The position numbers were made by a program, and so were the translations under genes. The notes under the pieces are model-generated. The model saw only the letters and a program-made list of their open reading frames with translations. It did no database searches and was not told the origin of the DNA. From Craspedostauros australis (Eukaryota): a DNA stretch of 56,363 nt. The stretch spans positions 1 to 56,363 of the forward strand of contig JALAGF010003430.1 of the NCBI GenBank assembly GCA_030167865.1, given 5' to 3'. Below, in pieces: positions 23,189 through 33,746 of this stretch (positions are counted from its first letter, which is position 1; the number at the start of each line of letters is the position of its first letter).

Positions 23189-26074
23189 AGTTGCCACGGA
23201 CCTCACGTCTCTTGGAGCTTCGTGGTGTGCAATGACATGGCAAATCAATAGCAATAACAATAGCAACAGCTAACATCAACAACGGCCATCACAACAACAA
23301 TGTACGATGAGAGACTAATGCTCTAATATAATGCAATAAAGACGAAAACATGAACATGAACACTTCTTCCACTTCAGAGTATACTACGCACGAGCATGGC
23401 GAGCGTCTTTACAAACAGGAAGAGGAAGAATCCATTCTCGAACCCAGGAATTGCATGGAACATGTCAAACGCGAAGCCATGGGGGGCGATACGGCACGCT
23501 GCCGTCCGAGGGAACACGACCACCCACCGAGCTGCTTCTTCTTCTGGTTTCATTCGGTCATTCATTCATTCGTTCATTCCATTCCTTTGCCCACATGCGC
23601 ATCCACCTTGCTGACCACACGTTTGCCACGCCCTTTTGCTTTGGTGGTGACGACTTCGTGCAAAGCGAAAAGAGCATGTGGGTGACGCATGGCGAATACC
23701 TCAACCTCGCCGTTGCCCAAATACGAACAGAGCGCAGAGACGCAACCATCCGCATGTATAGAGAGTATCGTGCTGCATGACAAGTGAGACAGAGACAGAG
23801 GGAGCATTAAAGGCACGAGTGGTCTCTCGACAAAGAGGAAGTGGAAGAGAGAGAGAGCGAGAGAGGAAACTCCCCCATTGCATTCTGAGTGTCTGCCGAA
23901 CAGAAACTTCAATCTGGAGGACGGATGAGTGTGGATGCAGAAAGAGATCATCACAAAGATCCTCTCCATCTTTGTTCTTGCACCAAGCAACGAAGGGTTC
24001 TGTGCTCTACCTATTGGCACTATACACAGGCGTACTGAGAAGCGTACAAGCGCCCGAACGGTGGCAAAAGAGGCGGCGGCCAAGAGAGGAAGGAGCGACA
24101 TCAGACATGCACCTCTCCATAGGGCCTGCTACACTATTGCGTTTGTGCCGTACTTCAACCATTGTACTAATGGCTCGTAACAGTGCTCCTACAAGTACTC
24201 GTACATGACCTGCCAGCGATCACACCAAACTTCAAAAAGAAAACAGCGACGTATACGACCTGCACAGCCGCAGCCAGCCGCCCTTTGCAGTGAACGACGG
24301 GCTTCCAGCAAGGAGGGCATCGATCGCTGGGGCGTCTGTATGTGCGTGGTGGGCGGAGGCGACAGAATCAACACACAAGAACACGGTTGGGCACGAGAAT
24401 GGTCATCCGCTGCACCAGCCACACCAACGAGGATCGTGCGATAGTGCACGATTGCACAATCAGAATCGTTTTCCTGTTTCCTTTTCGTTCTCCTCCCGCA
24501 ACTCACAACACAGCTCACAACAAGTGACGCAGCTCACGTGGCTTGTCCGTGCAACTCGGCGCCCTATGTATCGGTGATCGCCGCCAGTTGGCAGGTGTCA
24601 AGGGCCGCCCAAGTACCGGCTTCTGCGAGAACATCTCGAGGCCTGGGATTCCGCAGGGAACAGTTCCTTGGTTGTTCCTCACTTTTCTTTGTCACGCTCA
24701 CGAGTCACAGGTTGGTGACAACGCATGACACGAACGCCTGTGGTTGCGCTTGGTGTTGAAGAGTGTAAAAAGTTGGATTGGCAGAGACCCGGACTAGGGA
24801 ATGAAGGCGAAAATCGTGACTCGATGATGACGTTGACTTTGGACTGATCGGACCGTGACGAAACGACACACGATCCAGAACGACTCACTTGATCAGATCG
24901 CAGCCTTCGACCACTGTGACCAAATCGCGATGTCAAGAATTGACGCTTGATTCGAAGATTTTAGCTTCGATGACGTCAGGACATCCTCTTTGTTGTCGAC
25001 GTCATCATGTGTTGTCAACAGTTTTGGAGGTGTTTGGTTGGAGGGATGGCATCATCAGGCCTGTGTCAGACACACGTCTCCACGTCTTTGACAGGAGGAC
25101 AGTTCTTCGTTGTCCTCATTCGTGACAAACCTCCGGCTTCGTCGCGAGGAGGTCATCCCAGTCGAAACACAAACTGACACATCAGAACATCAACAAGAGG
25201 GCATTGGCATCGTGGCAAGCTGAGACACGAAGCAAATTCTGGTGTCAGCCATCGGCAGCCAACGTGTGAGCACCAAACAACGAAGAAGATTCGAAGACTC
25301 AAAATGCCGATGACACCATCGGCCACAGCAGTAGCAACACTGCAACATCACAGCAACATAACATCGACGGCCATCTGCGGCTCCGCAACACTGTGCCACC
25401 AAAGCTCCAACACATCAACAAGGATCCAGTCACTTTCGTTGACACCTGCGGTGGAACGACTTTGCTGATGCAGTTGTCCATGTCGGCATTCCACCACCAC
25501 GAGCATCCTATTCTGCACATTCGTTTCGTTTCCCTTTGATTCATCGAGCTTCCAATCTGCTCTGCCTCTGGATACGCGCACGAGTCGTGAAGTGCCACTG
25601 GACTGTCACTGGACTGTCACTGGGCATCAATCAAGCGCCAGTCAAACTACAATCGGGCATCAGCCACGTACCTGACGGTCTCTCAGCATCTTGACACCCA
25701 CCGTGAAGTTCCACATCACATCTTTGGCGTGAGCACAAGCCACAGGAGAGGGCTGCCAACGACAAACAAGCAGCATCACAATCGAGTGCATCACTTTGCC
25801 TTGCATTGGACTGGACTGGACTGGTTGAGAGTAGAGTCGAGTCGAGCCGAGCAGGCTGGATTGGATGGGATTGGGTTTGAGCCGCAAGAACGAGACAGCA
25901 ACAAGCAGAAAGGCTTGACTTGCTTCCACAAAACGGATCGGCTCCAAGTTGAGAGGATCGTCGCTCTGCTCATTTACAGGAGTGCAAGAGTATAGAACAC
26001 ACCACGCCACGCCATTCCATACCACACCTCATACTCAACGAGAGTAATTTGTGCCACTCGCACTTGCAACCAGC

Positions 26075-29000
26075 ATGGAACATCAAGATGACACAAGGCA
26101 GAGGTGGCCGCACAGGCGTCCAAGACGGAATTCACACAGCAATGCGCCATCAAGGCGGACAAGAACGAGAATGCATCGGCATCTTGTGACGTTGTCCATC
26201 ATCGCGCTTCAACTTCAATGCCATGCGCACGCCTTCGTGGGTTCCACCAACAGTGGTGGAAGAGCGACGTCTGCATCCGCTGCATCTGCATCTGCATCAT
26301 TGGCCTTCCTCCATACGAGTGATCGGCAGACGCATTCATCAATGCCATCATCGACATCAAATCAAAATTCATTCTCAAGGGCAGGTTTTAGCTCGCACGA
26401 AAGACGACGGACACAGCAAGGTTTCAATGATGATGGCGCCAGCAGACGGCGTTCAACCTCATTATCGGCATTTCCCAATTCCCACTCGGCTGCCATGTTC
26501 TCGAATTTACCAATGACATCAACGGCATCAATGGCATCAAGATCGCATTCCAATCGCAATCGCAACCAGCATTCCTTTTCATACTCGCAGTCGCATCAAC
26601 GTCAGCACCCACGCAATGCCAGAGCAGCCGCCGCAACAACGCGGTTGCACGCTCTGCCCGAACTAGCGCACCTCGACTCGCTGCAACACGCATTCCACTC
26701 CTTCCATTCCCTCAACACCTTTTCCATCGCTGCCGCCGACGCGATCGCGGAACGGACGACGGCCTTGACATCGCAGATTGCCGATGCCGCGACAGCCGCC
26801 ATGGCCACGAACGACGCGACGGCCGTGCACGAGGCGCCGGATGCGGCCCTCATTGAAGCCGCCGCGGGTTCGTTGGGTCATGACATCTTCGTCTTCCTCG
26901 TGGCGTCGGTCGTCGTCGTTCCGCTCTGCAAGCTTTTGGATGTTTCGCCCGTACTGGGATTTCTCGCCGTCGGCTGCCTGCTCGGGCCCTACGGATTGTC
27001 CGTCTTCACCAACAACGAAGCCGACCTGCAATTGGGAGATTTCGGTATTCTCTTTTTGCTCTTCAACGAGGGTCTGTCGCTGAGTCCGGAGCGCATCAAG
27101 GATCTGTCTCGCTTCACCGGATTGGGGATCTTCCAGCTGCTGCTCTCCATCGCGCTCATTTTCGGCGGAACCCTCTGGGGCGGACCCTACATCCTGAATC
27201 TCATCCAGGTCCTCCACATCCCCATCGACAGCAAAATGATCGAGCTCTTGCTCAGCAACCGCGTCACCGCATTTTGCATCGCGTCGGCCGGCGCCCTGTC
27301 CAGCTCGGCCTTCGTCCTCCCCGTGCTCAAGCAGAAGAAATGGACGGACAGGCCGGAGGGTATCGCGGGCCTCTCCATCCTCCTCCTGCAGGATCTGGCC
27401 GTCGCGCCCCTCCTCGTCCTCCTGCCGCTGCTGGCAGGATCCGGCCCGCAGACATCGGCAGCGCTTGGCATCCTCATCGCGAAGGCGACCCTAGGATTCG
27501 GCACGGTGCTGGTGGCGGGATCCTACATCCTGCGCTACGTCTTTGACATCGTGGCCGCGGCACGATCCACGGAGACCTTCGTCGCAGCGGCCTTGCTCGT
27601 CTGCGTCGGCATGGGAGAATTGGCGGATCTCCTCGGTCTCAGCGCCAGCACCGGCGCCTTCGCCGCGGGTGTGCTGCTCGCCGGTAATCGATACCGTGCA
27701 CAGATTCAGGCCGACATCCAGCCCTTCGAGGGCATCCTCCTCGGTATCTTCTTTCTCACGGCCGGTGCCAACCTCGATCCCATGGTGGTCCTGAACGAGT
27801 GGCCCACCCTGTTCGTTGGCATCTTGGCGTTCATTGCCGCAAAGACGGGCATCATCTTCGCCGCGGGTCCCTCCCTCGGCCTGACGCCGGGCCAGGCCAT
27901 CCGCGTCGCGCTCACTTTGTCGGGCGGTGGCGAGTTCGCGCTGGTTCTGTTCCAGCTCGCGCAGCAGCTGGACGTGCTGCCGGTGGAGCTCGCGAAGCTG
28001 CTCATTGCCAGCGTCATCATCTCCATGAGCCTCACGCCCTTGCTGGGCGAGTTCGCCACCACGGCGGGCAACTGGGTCGACCGCAAATTGGGAATGTCGG
28101 GGGACTTCATCGGGGACTCGAAACCGTTGACAGCCGAGGAGGCCACCGAGCTGTTCGATCAGATCGACACGGACGACTCCGGCACCATCGATCTCGAGGA
28201 GCTGCGCGAGGCTCTCCTCAAGCTCAACTTCTCCTACGCAGGCATCGCGGAGGTGTTCGAGACCTTCGACAAAGACCGGGATGGCGTCATCGGACGCGAG
28301 GAATGGCGATCTGGTTTGAACGCCGGTCTGCTGTCGGACACGATCGATGTCAATTCCAAATTTTCGTTGCGCAAGACCGACGCGACCTTCAAGGATGACG
28401 CCATCGTCATTTGCGGTTACGGCGAGGTCGGCAAGTCCATCTACGACATCATCCGCACGGCCGGTCCGGCAAGGGGCATGACGAACAGCGACGTCGTGGC
28501 ATTCGATCTCAACCCATCCCGTGTCACAGCCGGCGTGCTGCAAGGTGCTCCGGTCGTCTTTGGCGACGCCGCCAAGATGCAGTTGCTGAAGGCCGCCGGC
28601 GTGACCAGGCCCAGGGCCGTCATCATCACGTACGCATCCGACAGCCGCCGTCTGGACACCACGATGCGACTGCGCCAGTCCCTGCCACCGGATACCCCCA
28701 TCTACGTGTTCGAGGGCAACTCGCGCATCGCGGGGCAGCTGCTCGAGGCCGGCGCCACCGAGGTCATCAGCGAGATCACGGAGAGCGTGCTGCGGTTCGG
28801 AAGCCTTGTGGGCATCGCCAGGTCGCAGGGAGAGATCAATCTCCTGCGCAGCCTCGCGCTGGAAGATGAGCAATGCATGATCGTCGGTGAAATGTTCGGC
28901 GTGACGGAGTGGGAGGATGTCAAGGGTCTCACAGAAGACACGTTCACGGATCTCGCTGAGGAGCTGGATTGCACGAGACGGGATCTCGTCGAGTTGAACA

Positions 29001-29212
29001 CCTTCTACCAGTCCGTTGCTGCCAACCGCGAGGTCGTCCCAATTTCAGAGTTGAAGGAGCTGCTGATGCGGCAAACCGAGACCGGTCCCAGCGACGGGAT
29101 GGCATTGGGCCAGTGCATGGAAGTTGCCGACGAGGACGGGGGCGGGACCTTGACGTTCATCGAATTCGCTCGAGCGACTTTGGGCAGCTGCAACTACAAG
29201 ATCGACTCATAA
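26075..29212 (+). CDS. Plastid-targeted CPA2/KefC-family K+/H+ antiporter (KEA3-like) with EF-hands and an RCK/TrkA-N domain
   Basis: Presequence ...LVTLSIIALQLQCHAHA-FV (ATG at 26075 or 26171). Multi-TM Na_H_Exchanger domain with SPVLGFL, ALSSSAFV, LLLQDLAV, GAFAAGVLL and GGEFA. EF-hands DTDDSGTIDLEE and DKDRDGVIGREE. RCK domain ICGYGEVG...FGDA. C-terminal EF-hand DEDGGGTLTFIE. Confidence 0.93.
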   Translation: MEHQDDTRQRWPHRRPRRNSHSNAPSRRTRTRMHRHLVTLSIIALQLQCHAHAFVGSTNSGGRATSASAASASASLAFLHTSDRQTHSSMPSSTSNQNSFSRAGFSSHERRRTQQGFNDDGASRRRSTSLSAFPNSHSAAMFSNLPMTSTASMASRSHSNRNRNQHSFSYSQSHQRQHPRNARAAAATTRLHALPELAHLDSLQHAFHSFHSLNTFSIAAADAIAERTTALTSQIADAATAAMATNDATAVHEAPDAALIEAAAGSLGHDIFVFLVASVVVVPLCKLLDVSPVLGFLAVGCLLGPYGLSVFTNNEADLQLGDFGILFLLFNEGLSLSPERIKDLSRFTGLGIFQLLLSIALIFGGTLWGGPYILNLIQVLHIPIDSKMIELLLSNRVTAFCIASAGALSSSAFVLPVLKQKKWTDRPEGIAGLSILLLQDLAVAPLLVLLPLLAGSGPQTSAALGILIAKATLGFGTVLVAGSYILRYVFDIVAAARSTETFVAAALLVCVGMGELADLLGLSASTGAFAAGVLLAGNRYRAQIQADIQPFEGILLGIFFLTAGANLDPMVVLNEWPTLFVGILAFIAAKTGIIFAAGPSLGLTPGQAIRVALTLSGGGEFALVLFQLAQQLDVLPVELAKLLIASVIISMSLTPLLGEFATTAGNWVDRKLGMSGDFIGDSKPLTAEEATELFDQIDTDDSGTIDLEELREALLKLNFSYAGIAEVFETFDKDRDGVIGREEWRSGLNAGLLSDTIDVNSKFSLRKTDATFKDDAIVICGYGEVGKSIYDIIRTAGPARGMTNSDVVAFDLNPSRVTAGVLQGAPVVFGDAAKMQLLKAAGVTRPRAVIITYASDSRRLDTTMRLRQSLPPDTPIYVFEGNSRIAGQLLEAGATEVISEITESVLRFGSLVGIARSQGEINLLRSLALEDEQCMIVGEMFGVTEWEDVKGLTEDTFTDLAEELDCTRRDLVELNTFYQSVAANREVVPISELKELLMRQTETGPSDGMALGQCMEVADEDGGGTLTFIEFARATLGSCNYKIDS

Positions 29213-31052
29213 CGCGGGGACAACACGCGAGCTTGAAACGTGGAGTGTCAAGTACAATACGAGCCTGCAGTGGTGGAGTATATGTGTGTGGAGCACTCTG
29301 CTGCACAAGCGCCTGCTCTATTAATGCCGTATTAGTAATCCTTCGACATTCCTCTTCCACCGATATAATGTTGCCAACATTTTGCCGCGTTTGTACGTTT
29401 GTGCGTGTGGCGGTGGCAGGAGTAGCTGCTGTGGATGGTGGACTCATGCTTTCATCTTCAAAACATCACTTGCCATCTGGCTTTCTCTCCTTGTTCCATT
29501 CGAGCTGATCAGACTTTGAGAATACTGTTCCGTTGTCTCGATTCTCATAGTAGGAGTAAGCGGCCTGGTTGATCAAGAGATAGTTTGGCATCAAAGCATC
29601 CAAGAGTGTGGTAGTTTGAATTGTCGTTGTATGACAGGAACATGCAGATAGTGAGCAACATGATGTCGCATACGAGCACTCCACAAGCATTAAAGTGTTG
29701 TTCAGTTCCGTTCCATTCCATTCCATTCCACTTTGCATCCACATGTGCTCGCATTGCATTGCATTGCATTCCATTCAAATCAGGCAATGTAATAGTATTG
29801 GATGTTGCACCTGCCGTCTTCGTTTCGTCAAGCCGGCTACGCACGACGTACCACTGCACCGATAGCAACCGCCCATGATGCGATTCTGCCTCCCTGCATC
29901 AATTCATGATGCATGTTTTGATAGTGTGTGGATCATGATCGAGTGCAGAAGAGAGTAGTAGAGTAGTAGCAATATGACGAAAGAGCGCAAAATCAATTGC
30001 AATAGTTCGAGAGACGGAAAGGTGAGATGCGTTGCTCAACTGGGTACGACTACTCTGCCATGCCACTGTGAATCAAGAGGCTCCGCGACACTCATTTTGC
30101 ATCTGACTGCACCTTTGCATGATCCCACGTCTGTCCACCGAGATAAAGATCGCGTTTCGATCATCAATGGCGGTATCATTACCCACCATGACCATGAAAT
30201 GATGAACGGGTTCGGTGTCTCCTCCATGGCCCATGTACTCCGCTCCATGGTCTGCTCCTCTGATACTGCATTTCACTCACTTTTCCGAGGCCTGCCGAAA
30301 AGGCGTTGGTCAAGTTCTTCTTGATGTTCTCCATCCTCAAAGCACTGCTTCCCGTCTGTCCTCTGCCAATGCTGTTCCTGACTTCTTTGTCCTTGCTATT
30401 GCTATGTGTCACACGTGCGGACGATCCACTGGTACGAGTGCTGTTGTCGTTGCTTCCTGTTGATGTGAGTTGTTGCTCTCTGATGACTTGGACAACCAAC
30501 ATTGATGATGTGATGATGCATGATGTTGTGTGTGTTTTGCGGGGTCCGTGTTTCGGTTTTACGTTCGATCGTTGAGTCAGTCTGGTCAAGAGTGGCTGTT
30601 TGCTGATGTGGCGCTCTCATCATGTGTCTGTCTGCCTCTGTCATTGAACATATGTATGTCTGTTTGATGATTGTATTTCATACGTACAAACTGAATACAT
30701 GTCACTTTTCGGTCTGTACAACCATACGGTCTTCGAATTGACATCGATCGAGTCTTGTATAGTTTGTGAATCACGGACATCAAGAACCAACACAAACACA
30801 ACCAACCAAAAAAGGTATCAATTCGAACTTCTGCAAAGCAGGTCTGCGGCTCGCTGTTCCGATGGACGTAACAACAGCATCGACAGCATCGACAGGCACA
30901 TCATGGGGACGACGACAAGGGAGAGGACCTGCAATTAAATATACTATTCTATAATAGATCGTATGGTACACAACAGTGCGCAAAGGTTTGGAGACGTTGG
31001 TCCATTCGCTGTTGCTCTGTTGGGTGTTGCTACATTCTCAGACATCCCCATC

Positions 31053-33746
31053 ATGGCGCTCGTCAACGCCAAATCGTCAGGACCAAGCAGGAGGGATTCA
31101 TGGACGCTGGCAACCATGTTGGTGCTGGCACATCTATCACACACGCGCCATGTGGTGGATGCCTTTCATCCAAGCAGCCTGCTGCAGCAAACACGGCGCA
31201 AATCGTGCACACGTCTGCGTCGTCATCATCCATTCAACATTGGTAGCGCTGTCTGTCATGATCGGCACAGCGGTATGCGGCTTTTCGCAGAAGACGCATC
31301 GGGCAAGAGCGACCAGAGCAAGCAGCAGGATGCCAACAACAGGAAGAGCAAGAAACGATCGCGCCGCAAGCGACAGAAGCCGCGGAATGGGAAATCGGCA
31401 CGAGGTGGGTCACCATCGGCCTCGTCGTCAGCGTCGGTGCCGCGAGACCCAAACGCGCTGGAGACTTGGCGCTTGTACGATGTCACGCTGACGCCGGAGG
31501 AAATGAAGTACGAGCCCTACACGCGCAAGTCCAAGCGCAAAATCAATCTCGAACAGGGTGGAAGATCCGTGCCCGTGCAAGAACGGTATGCTGTTCCTGC
31601 GCTGCTGCAGCGGTTGAATGAGAAGTTGAAGAACACCAAAGACAGCAGCAAGGATGACAAGGGCGAGGTTGTGTTCCACAACGTCGAGGTGGTGCGACGG
31701 TCGCTGGATGCGCGCAAGAAGAGGCGAAATTCATCGGCCAAAGGCAACCAGGGCGCGGACGGCAATGCAAGGGAGGATCCCAAGTTCGTCCATGTTGTGG
31801 ACATCACCTTGCGAGCCCAGGACGCCAAGCGCTTGCACCTCAGGCCGCAATCCGGCAAGTGCGAACGTATCGATTCTGTTCACAGCACCGACACCCAGCC
31901 AGAAGAACAGGGCGGAAGCACAAGTACAGACGAAAGCGAAAGGACTACGGATGTCCTTGCAACCAACAACGAAGAGCAAAACCAGCATCAGACGAAGAAA
32001 AAAGTTGTGGTGGTCGGCGCAGGTCCTGCGGGCCTCTTCTGCGCACTCGTGCTTGCTCAAAGCGGCAAGGTGCAGCCGATCCTGGTGGAACGCGGGCAGC
32101 CCGTCGAGCGGCGCGGACGTGACATCGGCGCGCTCGTCCGGCGGCACAAGATGAACTCGGATTCCAATTTTGCCTTTGGCGAAGGTGGCGCGGGGACATG
32201 GAGCGACGGAAAGCTGACGACCAGGATAGGGCGCAACTCGGACCCGGTGCGGTACGTGCTGCGAACGTTGGTCAAGTACGGCGCACCTGAAAACATCCTG
32301 GTGGAAGGAGCACCTCACCTGGGCACTGACGCGCTGGTTCAATTGCTGCGAAAGATGAGAGTGGATCTGAAGGAGACGTGGGGCGCAGAGATCAAGTTCG
32401 GAACCAAGGTTGTGGGTTTGAACATGCACACGGATGATAGTGACGTGGCCCAGACTCGCACCATTTCAGGTGTCGAGATAGTGGACGTGGAAGAGAGTGC
32501 AACGCCAAGCGAACCAGACAACGACATAGGCAACGAACAGCTCGAAAAGGAACCGAAACAAACGCATCAACCGCATCAACACGATGCAATATCTTCAAGT
32601 ACCATTAACGCCGATGCCACAGTGCTCGCCACGGGGCACTCTGCACGCGATGTGTACGAAAGTTTACACGAGGCAGGCGTCACCTTGGAACCGAAAGGTT
32701 TTGCTGTGGGTTTCCGCATCGAGCACCCACAGTCGCGGATAACCGAAATCCAGTACGGCAAGGGTTGGGGCACGAATGTCATCACAGGCAAGACTCTCAC
32801 CGACAAGGCCAACGACGAATACTTCAAAGAGTTCGCAGCACGGAGCAACAGCAACGACGATGTTGATGGCAGCAGTGCCCCAAGCATGGACCCCACAGCA
32901 GCAGCAGCAGCAGCAGCAGCGGAGGAAGATAACTCCATCTCAAAGACTGGACGTTTGCCGGTGCCGTCCTACCGGCTGGCAACGGATCGGGCGTTCGACG
33001 GTAGCGGCACCCGTGGTGTATACTCCTTCTGCATGTGTCCTGGTGGGCAGATCGTCCCGGCGTCGACCGACCCTGCCGAGGTATGCGTGAATGGGATGAG
33101 CTTCAGCCGCCGTGATTCGGTTTGGGCCAATTCTGCCCTGGTGGTCACTGTCAATCCGGATGACGACATCCTTGGACAGTACAGGGAGGAGCACGGCGTG
33201 TTGGCGGGCATTGCGTTCCAACGAGACATGGAACGCAGGGCAGCGGAACTGGGAGGAGGCGGGCTGGTGGTGCCGGTCCAGCGGGTGACCGACTTTATTG
33301 AAGGCGCCGTGTCCGACACCGTGCCATCCTCAAGCTACAGACTGGGTGTCAAGTCGGCGCCTTGTCATGAGATCTACCCAGCGCCATTGACGGCGGCACT
33401 GAGGGATGCGTTGCAGACCAAGTTCGCATCGCAGATGCCAGGGTACGTCCACCCGGATGGCCTGCTCCATGCGGTTGAAACTCGAACATCCAGCCCGGTC
33501 CGGATGTCGCGAGACCGTAGCACGTACCTCGCCTCAAACACAACCAACTTGTTCCCCGCAGGCGAAGGTGCCGGATTCGCTGGTGGCATCGTGTCTGCGG
33601 CCGTTGATGGGATTGGGGTCGCAGAAGCCGTCCTACGGCGGCTCTTTCCAGACGAAGACGCCGCAAACACTTCAGCATCAGGTTCAGCCGATGGCAGCGA
33701 GGCTAAGCGCCCACCAAAGATCAAGCCGGTGGGTTTCTCGTACTAA
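31053..33746 (+). CDS. Plastid-targeted FAD-dependent oxidoreductase (uncharacterised FAD-dependent dehydrogenase family, COG2509-like)
   Basis: Presequence ...LATMLVLAHLSHTRHVVDA-FHP. Motifs: RRSLDARK, VVVVGAGPAGL (Rossmann), FGEGGAGTWSDGKL, ATGHSARD, GFRIEHP, YSFCMCPGG, VNGMS, ETRTSSP, GEGAGFAGGIVSAAVDG. The start is uncertain (30963 or 31053). Confidence 0.9.
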   Translation: MALVNAKSSGPSRRDSWTLATMLVLAHLSHTRHVVDAFHPSSLLQQTRRKSCTRLRRHHPFNIGSAVCHDRHSGMRLFAEDASGKSDQSKQQDANNRKSKKRSRRKRQKPRNGKSARGGSPSASSSASVPRDPNALETWRLYDVTLTPEEMKYEPYTRKSKRKINLEQGGRSVPVQERYAVPALLQRLNEKLKNTKDSSKDDKGEVVFHNVEVVRRSLDARKKRRNSSAKGNQGADGNAREDPKFVHVVDITLRAQDAKRLHLRPQSGKCERIDSVHSTDTQPEEQGGSTSTDESERTTDVLATNNEEQNQHQTKKKVVVVGAGPAGLFCALVLAQSGKVQPILVERGQPVERRGRDIGALVRRHKMNSDSNFAFGEGGAGTWSDGKLTTRIGRNSDPVRYVLRTLVKYGAPENILVEGAPHLGTDALVQLLRKMRVDLKETWGAEIKFGTKVVGLNMHTDDSDVAQTRTISGVEIVDVEESATPSEPDNDIGNEQLEKEPKQTHQPHQHDAISSSTINADATVLATGHSARDVYESLHEAGVTLEPKGFAVGFRIEHPQSRITEIQYGKGWGTNVITGKTLTDKANDEYFKEFAARSNSNDDVDGSSAPSMDPTAAAAAAAAEEDNSISKTGRLPVPSYRLATDRAFDGSGTRGVYSFCMCPGGQIVPASTDPAEVCVNGMSFSRRDSVWANSALVVTVNPDDDILGQYREEHGVLAGIAFQRDMERRAAELGGGGLVVPVQRVTDFIEGAVSDTVPSSSYRLGVKSAPCHEIYPAPLTAALRDALQTKFASQMPGYVHPDGLLHAVETRTSSPVRMSRDRSTYLASNTTNLFPAGEGAGFAGGIVSAAVDGIGVAEAVLRRLFPDEDAANTSASGSADGSEAKRPPKIKPVGFSY

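Noticed and set aside
27491-28873. 460-aa minus-strand ORF
   Set aside because: Antisense shadow of the GC3-rich KEA coding region.
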